A stretch of DNA of 64,000 nt. It comes from Antedon mediterranea. Its lineage: Eukaryota > Animalia > Echinodermata. Under the pieces are notes generated by a model. That model was not told the DNA's origin, ran no database searches, and was given only the letters and a program-made list of their open reading frames with translations. Within the stretch, counting starts at the first letter, position 1; the number at the start of each line of letters is the position of its first letter. The stretch is from assembly GCF_964355755.1 (NCBI RefSeq), contig NC_092677.1:580101-644100 (forward strand), given 5' to 3'. Positions 38,601 to 48,809 of the stretch are shown here, piece after piece. The position numbers and the translations under genes were made by a program.

Positions 38601-39052
38601 TTCGAGGTGCGTGACGAAGTTGTGATTTTAGGAATTATAATACAGTTCTATGGTGGGTATTGAAAAACAATATCCAAGTCATTGAGTCGAAAATAAAGTC
38701 TCTTCAGACATTTTAATCACATATATATGTAAATATTGAGAAATGGGGTCAAGGGTCAAAATTTGGTACTTCCGGACATTTTTATGTAAAATGTCTTATT
38801 AGAGCAAATATAAATATATATATTCTGAACCAGACTGTGCAAAAATGAACTCTCTACGATTAGTAGTTTTTAAGATATGGTAACCCTGTAATTTCACCCT
38901 AATTTGCATATTTAAGCTAATTTGCATACCTTCGGGATGAGTGTCAGAGGTGTGATGCTCAAAAAATAATTACCTTATCATATGTAAACATTTAAAAAAA
39001 AAAATCTCTGTTTGCAATTTGTTTCACTCAAAATGCTAGATTGACTAGCCTA
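35693..39052. mobile_element. Non-autonomous Academ-type foldback element (3360 bp, TSD CTG) made of inverted ~350-bp tandem units
   Basis: CTG|TAGGCTAGTCAATCTAGCA...TGCTAGATTGACTAGCCTA|CTG; the empty site acgtCTGgtcaa is present in sister LINE copies (~59050-59065, ~61877-61892); repeated unit ...tatgcaaattag...gacatttgaccc... Confidence 0.92.
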
Positions 39053-42000
39053 CTGGTCAACATTTTATCAGTATTCACGGACCGAAACTATGGAACGAGC
39101 TCTGTAGAAATCACTTAGATATTGTTAACAAAAATTATAAAATACTAAAAAAATATGTAAAAAGAGACATTTTATCGAATTAAAGAACTTAAAATGCTTC
39201 ACTCATAAAATATAGATGCATATATTATGCATTTGTGTTGGTGTGTGCGAGTATACACACATAGCCTGTTTTATATTATATGTACTCATACTTTTGCTAT
39301 AATATATATAGAAAGAATCCACATGTACTGGAAGTAATAAACTGAATATCTTCTTTTTTAAGACAAAATGTATAAATAATCATGTTAGAAAAACAGTATC
39401 GCTTTTTGATGATGAACAACTCTAAAATGTATATAGGAAATGTTTTTTTTTTTATTTTTTATCTATTATGTTGTGTTTATTGTTTTATGTTTTTTATGTA
39501 AAAGGGTCCTGCGAAAACAGAAGTGTAAACTTCTCTATGCAGGATCCTTGCCATCATTTATGCTATGAAACTGTATTTATAAACGATGAGTAAATAAATG
39601 TGAATTGAATAGTGTTACATGGGTTACGTTACGGTTTAAACAAGGTTTAAACAAATTATTAATGTTATAGGTTTAAAACTGAACAATTAAACACACGACT
39701 TTTGGTTTTCAGATAAACCTGATGAGGATATTGCAAATGATCAGACTGTTCCTCCTGGTGAGACTTTTACAATAACATCTACTGTAACAGCTAATCCTTC
39801 TGACGTCACTTATTTGTGGACTACTGATCTTCCTGGAAATGAAGATTCTGTCAACTATCGACCAACATTTACACTGAAAGTATCGGAAACAGAGGTTGAT
39901 GGCACTATTTATTTAGTAAATATAACAGTTACAAACATTATTGGATCAACAACGGATTCAGCTAATATCACAATATCTGGTAAGATTTTAAATGAAATGA
40001 TATTCATGAGAAATATTTTAGCTTTATCTACTGGATACAACTGTGAATACCAGTGATTCTGAGATTGATCTAAATGTTATCTGCTAGCTTCATTTTTGGT
40101 ATTAGGTGTTAACTTCATCAATTCATTTTTGTAAAATATTAAAGCAAACGATGGATGGACTGGAATTGCATTTACATGAGCAAGATTTATACAATATTAG
40201 TTTAACTATAGATTGTTCATTAAAATACAATTAAGTAGTTCATGTTTCGATTTGTTAACTATAAGTAATAATTATTTTAATTGCATAGCAAGTATTACTA
40301 ATAATTGAGGTAATTTATACTGTAGGCCTACAAACGACTTAAACATAAAAACAGTCGTTTAGGAGTATGGAAATGTATACTACTGTATTATGCTATGGAT
40401 GTATTAGTTCCTTCAACTTAGTTCATTTAAATTTTTCCTAAAACTATTCCAGTAATTATGACTGCTGTTATGAGTTCTTTATTTAATTATAAATGCCATT
40501 TCATATTAATGTTTGTGTTAAGGTACAGAGTAACAATTTATATTTTCCATGATCAACTGCAATGCATTAAAAAAAAAACACCCAGTTTTTAATTAGAATA
40601 TAAAAATCCCCATATTAAGCACCAGTAACATAACCATTAGGAAATCATGCCACTGATGCGCTGAGCTAGCAGGCCTATTACAAACTTGTTTCATTTAGTT
40701 GATGAGCGTTTGCGTGTTTTCGGTTAAAAATAGCATTAAGTCAACAGTTTCAGTCAAAACCACGTCTATACCAATTACAAGTAAGCGTCGTTTAATTAAT
40801 GAATTTGTGTTTTAGATATTCAGTACTGGAGTTTCATACAAACGACATTGGCTCATATTCTACAATACCAGATTTTACTACAATTTAATTTCAATATCAA
40901 TATACACCCGTTATGTTTACATATTGAAATAAACAAATCATATAAAATACATTGATAGATTAGGACTGTAATATGCTAACAAAAAACATTTTCCTTCAGA
41001 GACAACAGCCGAGTCATGTAATGATACTACGGGTTTGACCATCGGGATGTTCTTTGTTGGCATCATACTTGGTGTCTTAGGATTTTACATTGCAGTAATT
41101 ACTCACAACAAGATAAAGAAGGTTGGTAAAATGCAGTATGAATATTATATTTATATAACCATTATAATTTTCGAACTATTCATGCTGACAGTGGCAAAAA
41201 TAATTCAAATTGATGGACTACATTCTACTAAAATAAAATGTCCAACATTATTGCACAAAATATAATTGAAAAACATACAGTAGTGTATACAGAGTAATAA
41301 TAACTTTATATTAATCTAATAGAAGTCACTGTCAAAGGAACAAGACTCAGACAAAAGGAAACAAGATGTAAGTATCGATATAATCTATAAAGAGGACAAA
41401 CCAACGACTGGTAATCCAATTGAAAATATTATGATTGTGCATACTATATTTTAGTTACTTTTAGTACGATCACCACAAGTTATTGTATTGTGACTTTATT
41501 GCTTATTTACTACATTGTATAATAGTTTCTTATGTTAGCAATCCTTTGCTTTTTAACAGACTTACATGGATTATGGAGGAGACACTGGCGAGCAAAAGCA
41601 AACCTATCAAGATTTACAACATAACGTAGAAGAGTCAGCTTATGTTAATGTTAAGGCTGGGAATAAGCAAAAGGGAAAAGTATGAACTATTAAGAAATGA
41701 ACTAAAAGCATAAATCAATAGATATAAGCTTTTAAGGACTGTGTTTAATAAAGTAAATGTAAATGTATGTATAGCGCATTCCACAAACTATGCCGTCTTT
41801 TGTTTATATTGTTATCTTTATTTGCTACATTTTATATTTACAAATTCAATAATGTTACAGTAATTTTAAATTGTATGATAACTTGAAATGTTATTGTAAC
41901 TTTACATTTTTTTAATAATTGTCTTTTTATGAAATGTATTTTTGTAACTGTAATTGTATTATCGAGGACCCCAATGATCATCTTTTGGTGAACGGGCTAC

Positions 42001-42309
42001 CCTCATTGAAAATGAATAAAAAACGTACGATTCATTACTTAACCTCTCAATGTGTAGTTATTTGTTCGTGTCTATATTTATAAGGCATTTGAATTAGCAT
42101 GAGATACTTGAGTTATTGTTGCTGTTGCATTTGCCTACTGATAGGTGACAGTATTTAGATTACAATAAAATACTTCCTTGATAGGGATGGACTTAATATT
42201 TGGTGTAAATGACGACTAAATGGGTGCGAACTTTGTGTACGGTGCAAGAGTATTTGTAATAAACGTTCGGTAAACAATTCTGTGCAGTCGTAAAGAGCGG
42301 TTCATTGTC

Positions 42310-42935
42310 ACTTCCGGCATCGATAGGTCTAAATTAAATTTGTTATTTTATGGCAATGAAACAATTGTGAGTTGGGAGAGGAGTTTTGTCAACGAAATAT
42401 ACTAGACGGCCGCCGGATCATCAAACATAAGGTATGTCATTACTATAGAACTTCGCCCGAGAGCTGGTATCCCAAACTCTCATTTTGATATTCCATTTAC
42501 TGATAAAACCTCTATACCCTAACTCTCTCGATCCCGGTGGAAATGTAGTTTATAAACTTTCCAGTACAATTCTAGCAATGTTGATACCGGCCTTCCCCAA
42601 TGGATACATTCTCCCTCCTCTCTCTGCTGATATACATTAGCTGTTTCCTTTATAGGGATGAACTTATTTTGTGCAAATGACGACCAAATTAGTGCGAACT
42701 TTGTGTACGGTCTAAAAGTATTTTGTTTTTAAACTTACGTTGTAAAATTCTTTGCAGTACTAAAGAACGGTTTATTGCCGCTTCCGGCATCGACAAACAT
42801 ACATGTAAATTTATGAAAGAATTATGAGTTGGACCCGGGACTTTCCCCACTAAATTCTTAATTATGTCTAGTCACGTGCAGTGGCACGATAATACAATCC
42901 TGTACTACCTATTGAAATGGGGTTGTAATGTGGTT
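42310..42935 (+). promoter_or_regulatory. Putative proximal promoter of copy 2: NF-kB, ETS, E-box and RUNX motifs
   Basis: GGGACTTTCC 42837-42846; ACTTCCGG 42310-42317; GCTTCCGG ~42780; CACGTG 42873-42878; TGTGGTT 42929-42935; ATG at 43049. Confidence 0.55.
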
Positions 42936-43048
42936 AAAAAACTGTATTTGTTAGACAATGAAATGTATTAGGTAAATTATCTAAACATCGTTAAACATTC
43001 TTTCTATTTACGATAGGTAGCCTACACGAGTAATTGAATTGTTGGATA

Positions 43049-46000
43049 ATGTTATCAAAGCAGGATATTTATTTGCATCTCTTTCTTTTATGCTGTAAGT
43101 AATCAAATATGGTTCTATTTGTGCTTTGCTTTTTTTTTATTTTGTAACATTACAAAGTTATTATAATACTGGAATACTTCTTCATTTTCTACGTTGTTTT
43201 CTGCCTTTGATATTTTATTCGGACCCCAATGGAAACTAATTCTTTTTCTTAGGATTAATTGGGTTGTCCTGAATTCATCATCAAATGTTTCTCTTTTGTT
43301 TTCTCTCTTATGTTTTTTCATTTGACTGTTTTTATGTATGATATTTATGATGTATGGATTCGAAATAAAAACAAACAATATCATTCTGTACAGTAGTATA
43401 AAACACTTAAAAGTAAAAACAATCCCATTATTGTTTGATCATGTTCTATTACTTTTTTGTTTAACAAAATTCAGTCTTACGAAAATGTGTTGCTGTAACA
43501 GTGGCTGTTGATGACGTAGATGTAGCTGAAGGATCTGAAGCAAGAATAACATGTAACATTGTACCAGCTAGCAGTGGAGCTGTTCCTGTTGTAGCATGGT
43601 ATAATGTTACCAATGCGGCAAATGATTTAATAGCAAACTATCAGGGTGGATTTGGAACAGTAGAACCTGGATACAGTGACAAATTTAGTGTTGAAAATGA
43701 CATTACTCTTGTAATTACCAACACTCACAGAAGTGATAGTGGAACATATCAATGTAGTGCAAATTTAGTTGGAGATAGTCCATCACTGGATGATGACACA
43801 TGTGCCCTGACTGTAAATTGTGAGTACAGTAACTCCTTAATTAGGTGTGGTACATAACTTGAGTCTCATAATTCTCATAAATTGAAATGCTGTTTGTCAA
43901 TAGGATAGGACGGTCAAAGGTTTAAAGAGGAATCCTAGTTTAGAATTTCTCTTATCGTTCCAGTCCTTAACAGTGTATTAAGTGAAGACAAAAAAGGATA
44001 TGTTGATAGAAGATTAAACAATAATTATTGTTTTTACTCAATAACTTACTGTATTCTTTAAATTTTACCAAATATTGCCTAATATAAATTATTCTTAAAA
44101 TTTATAGATTTAGATAAACCCGAAATTAACTTTTTGACACTTGTAACTGAAGGAGATGAAGTTGTCATGACCTGTGTTGTGGATTCGAGTCCAGAAGCTA
44201 TGTGCAACTTTATAAAAGATGGTGACGTACTACCACATGATGGTTCATGTACGTTTACAATTCCATCAGCCAGTCGTGCTGATGATGGAAGTTATGAGTG
44301 CGAGGCGGATAATGGTGTTGGTAACAAACAAAAAAGTGACCATAGAAACCTAGAGGTACAATGTAAGTAGTTTGTGATGATTTGATGTTAAGGTAAAATG
44401 ATGATCAGATCTAAGTTTATAATTCCACAATACACGAAAATGGGCCGCCATGTGTGCTAATTAATGTAGGATTGCAAATTCCAATAAATAGATATCTACA
44501 ATGTAGGCCTACACGTTTATAAGAATGGTGACATGACATAATTGTCACGTGGTGATTAAAATACATCAACCATCCGTTAATCGCAGTAGCGAGTGGGACG
44601 CGGAAAAATGTTTATTTACCAAGACCAAATCTTATACAGGCGACATGGGTTACGTTACGGTTTAAACAAGGTTTAAACAAATTATTAATGTTATAGGTTT
44701 AAAACTGAACAATTAAACACACGACTTTTGGTTTTCAGATAAACCTGATGAGGATATTGCAAATGATCAGACTGTTCCTCCTGGTGAGACTTTTACAATA
44801 ACATCTACTGTAACAGCTAATCCTTCTGACGTCACTTATTTGTGGACTACTGATGTTCCTGGAAATGAAGATTCTGTCAACTATCGACCAACATTTACAC
44901 TGAAAGTACCGGAAACAGAGGTCGATGGCACTATTTATTTAGTAAATATAACAGTTACAAACATCATTGGATCAACAACGGATTCAGCTAATATCACAAT
45001 ATCTGGTAAGATTTTAAATGAAATGATATCCATGAGAAATATTTTAGCTTTATCTACTGGATACAACTGTGAATACCAGTGATTCTGAGATTGATCTAAA
45101 TGTTATCTGCTAGCTTCATTTTTGGTATTAGGTGTTAACTTCATCAATTCATTTTTGTAAAATATTAAAGCAAACGATGGATGGACTGGAATTGCATTTA
45201 CATGAGCAAGATTTATACAATATTAGTTTAACTATAGATTGTTCATTAAAATACAATTAAGTAGTTGATGTTTCGATTTGTTAACTATAAATAATAATTA
45301 TTTTAATTGCATAGCAAGTATTACTAATAATTGAGGTAATTTATACTGTAGGCCTACAAACGACTTAAACATAAAAACAGTCGTTTAGGAGTATGGAAAT
45401 GTATACTACTGTATTATGCTATGGATGTATTAGTTCCTTCAACTTAGTTCATTTAAATTTTTCCTAAAACGATTTCAGTAATTATGATTCAAGATTCAAG
45501 ATTCAAGAAATTTTATTTGTCCATAAAATGGAAATTCACTTTGCTTGGTAGATTAAAACAACAGTATTGCAACAATTTAAAAACGTGCAGTATTATAACA
45601 GATTAAAAATACAAGATAAAAAGTTAAAAATACTGTTAAAAATGTAAAACTATTAAAAATTGCATTAACGTCTTACATTAGAATTAAAAATATGAATGCT
45701 ATTTACAACGAAGGATTTTCTAGTTCTACAATGATTTGCTCTTGGAGGTCGTAGCCTAATGCCTGATCTATTTAAGTTATAACAGTAATGTAACGGATGA
45801 GTGGGGTCTTTCATAATATTGTTAACTTTTTTTTAGAATACTCTTTTCATAGATAAATGAACAAGGCGTTAGATCAGCTTTAATAATACGTTGTGCAATT
45901 TTACGTGGTCTCTCAATATTTTTCTTATCATTTTCAGTAAAGTTACCATAAAAACATCCAATGCTAAAAGATAAAATACTTTGAATAATACTTTGATAAA

Positions 46001-47443
46001 ATAGAATTAAAATAGTGTTATCAACTCTAATTTGCTTGAGTTTTCTGAGAAAGTAGAGCCTTTGAGATGCCTTCTTGGAAATCATGAGAGAGTTTGACTC
46101 CCATTTTAATTTGTTGTCAATTATAGTACCTAAGTATTTGTATTGAGTTACTCTTTCAACCTCGGTTTCTTTAATAGTTATTACATTATGTTCAACTGCG
46201 GTTTTACGAAAATCTGACTGCTTGTATGAGTTCTTTATTTAATTATAAATGTCATTTCATATTAATGTTTGTGTTAAGGTACAGAGTAACAATTTATATT
46301 TTCCATGATCAACTGCAATGCAATTAAAAAAAAAACACCCAGTTTTTAATTAGAATATAAAAATCACCATATTAAGCACCAGTAAGATAACCATTATGAA
46401 ATCATGCCACTGATGCGCTGAGCAGGCCTACTACAAACTTGTTTTATTTAGTTGATGAGCGTTTACGTGTTTTCGGTTAAAAATAGCATTAAGTCAACAG
46501 TTTCAGTCAAAACCACGTCTATACCAATTACAAGTAAGCGTCGTTTAATTAATGAATTTGTGTTTTAGATATATTCAGTACTATACTGGAGTTTCATACA
46601 AACGACATTGGCTCATATTCTACAATACCAGATTTTACTACAATTTAATTTCAATATCAATATACACCCGTTATGTGTACTTATTGAAATAAACAAATCA
46701 TATAAAATACATTGATAGATTAGGACTGTAATATGCTAACAAAAAACATTTTCCTTCAGAAACAACAGCCGAGTCATGTAATGATACTACTGGTCTGACC
46801 ATCGGGATGTTCTTTGTTGGCATCATACTGGGTGTCTTAGGATTTTACATTGCAGAAATTACTCACAACAAGATAAAGAAGGTTGGTAAAATGCAGTATG
46901 AATATTATACTTATATAACCTTTATAATTTTCGAACTATTCATGCTGACAGTGGCAAAAATAATTCAATTGATGGACTACATTCTACTAAAATAAAATGT
47001 CCAACATTATTGCACAAAATATAATTGAAAAACATACAGTAGTGTATACAGAGTAATAATAACTTTATATTAATCTATTAGAAGTCAGTGTCAACGAAAC
47101 AAGACGCAGAGAAAAAGAAACAAGATGTAATATTGATACAATCTATAAAGAGGACAAACCAACGACTGGTAATCCGATTGAAAATATTATAATTGTGCAT
47201 ACTATATTTTAGTTACTTTTAGTACGATTACCATAAGTTATTGGACTGTGAGTTTATTGCTTATTAACTACATTGTATAATAGTTTCTTATGTTAGCAAT
47301 CCTTTGCTTTTTAACAGACATACATGGATTACGTAGGAGACACTGGCGAGCAAAACCAAACCTATCAAGATTTACAACATAAAGAAGAAGAGTCAGCTTA
47401 TGTTAATGTTAAGACTGGGAATAAGCAAAAGGGAAAAGTATGA
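43049..47443 (+). CDS. IgSF type I membrane receptor copy 2 (SP-IgV-IgC2-Cys-less Ig-TM-ITAM-like tail), 7 exons, 401 aa
   Basis: GT-AG exons 43049-43094, 43475-43819, 44108-44362, 44739-45005, 46760-46881, 47082-47126, 47318-47443 (phases 1,1,1,1,0,0; 1206 nt, open). V: ITC..WY..DSGTYQC; C2: MTC..DDGSYEC; TM GLTIGMFFVGIILGVLGFYIA; tail TYMDY..TYQDLQHKEEESAYVNV. Confidence 0.88.
45489..46215 (-). mobile_element. 5'-truncated Rex1/Babar-like LINE inserted in intron 4 of copy 2 only
   Basis: KKASQRLYFLRKL..LFYQSIIQSILSF; (TTGAATC)n tail; apparent TGA duplication; absent at the equivalent sites ~40460 and ~51395. Confidence 0.85.
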
Positions 47444-48068
47444 ACTATTAAGAAATGAACTAAAAGCATAAATCAATAGATATAAGCTTTTAAGGACTGT
47501 GTTTAATAAAGTAAATGTAAATGTATGTATAGCGCATTCCACAAACTATGCCGTCTTTTGTTTATATTGTTATCTTTATTTGCTACATTTTATATTCACA
47601 AATTCAATAATGTTACAGTAATTTTAAATTGTATGATAACTTGAAATGTTATTGTAACTTTACATTTTTTTAATAATTGTCTTTTTATGAAATGTATTTT
47701 TGTAACTGTAATTGTATTATCGAGGACCCCAATGATCATCTTTTGGTGAACGGGCTACCCTCATTAAAAATGAATAAAAAACGTACGATTCATTACTTAA
47801 CCTCTCAATGTGTAGTTATTTGTTCGTGTCTATATTTATAAGGCATTTGAATTAGCATGAGATACTTGAGTTATTGTTGCTGTTGCATTTGCCTACTGAT
47901 AGGTGACAGTATTAGGATTACAATAAAAAACTTCCTTGATAGGGATGGACTTAATATTTGGTGTAAATGACGACTAAATGGGTGCGAACTTTGTGTACGG
48001 TGCAAGAGTATTTGTAATAAACGTTCGGTAAACAATTCTGTGCAGTCGTAAAGAGCGGTTCATTGTCA

Positions 48069-48697
48069 CTTCCGGCATCGATAGGTCTAAATTAAATTTG
48101 TTATTTTATGGCAATGAAACAATTATGAGTTGGGAGAGGAGTTAAGTTTTGTCAACGAAATATACTAGACGGCCGCCGGATCATCAAACATAAGGTATGT
48201 CATTACTATAGAACTTCGCCCGAGAGCTGGTATCCCAAACTCTCATTTTGATATTCCATTACTGATAAAACCTCTATACCCTAACTCTCTCGATCCCGGC
48301 GGAAATGTAGTTTATAAACTTTCCAGTACAATTCTAGCAATGTTGATACCGGCCTTCCCCAATGGATACATTCTCCCTCCTCTCTCTGCTGATATACATT
48401 AGCTGTTTCCTTTATAGGGATGGACTTATTTTGTGCAAATGACGACCAAATTAGTGCGAACTTTGTATACGGTCTAAAAGTATTTTGTTTTTAAACTTAC
48501 GTTTTAAAATTCTTTGTAGTACTAAAGAACGGTTTATTGCCGCTTCCGGCATCAACAAACATACATGTAAATTTATGAAAGAATTATGAGTTGGACCCGG
48601 GACTTTCCCCACTAAATTCTTAATTGTGTCTAGTCACGTGCAGTGGCACGATAATACAATCCTGTACTACCTATTGAAATGGGGTTGTAATGTGGTT
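48069..48697 (+). promoter_or_regulatory. Putative proximal promoter of copy 3 (duplicate of the copy 2 promoter)
   Basis: GGGACTTTCC 48599-48608, with ACTTCCGG, CACGTG and TGTGGTT in the same order; ATG at 48810. Confidence 0.55.
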
Positions 48698-48809
48698 AAA
48701 ACACTGTATTTGTTAGACAATGAAATGTATTAGGTAAATTATCTAAACATCGTTAAACATTCTTTCCATTTACGATAGGTAGCCTACACGAGTAATTGAA
48801 TTGTGGATA

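Larger units (their letters stand above)
30826..39610 (+). mobile_element. Near full-length CR1/L2 (Crack-like) LINE, family A, interrupted at 35693-39052
   Basis: ORF1 plus ORF2 (APE, RT) and a 3' UTR ending taaataaatgtgaattgaat; ORF2 resumes after the nested element (RLTS|GQHFISIHGPKLWN), as in the copies at 58.5-64 kb. Confidence 0.92.
28568..41685 (+). pseudogene. IgSF receptor copy 1, disrupted (V exon split by a transposon, C2 exon deleted, promoter lost)
   Basis: Exons 28568-28613 (MLSRQDIYLHLFLLC), 28856-29026 + 30358-30531 (V), 39713-39979, 41000-41121 (TM), 41323-41367, 41560-41685; homologous to copies 2 and 3; no stop codons in the remaining exons. Confidence 0.85.

Noticed and set aside
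41035-41265. TM-exon ORFs read through as annotated in the ORF track (…KKVGKMQYEYY…)
   Set aside because: The extension is intron sequence; the spliced model with exons 6-7 is consistent in phase across all three copies.
43115-43384. Minus-strand ORF repeated at 48876-49082
   Set aside because: Lies in intron 1 of the receptor gene; it recurs only because the unit is duplicated and has low complexity.
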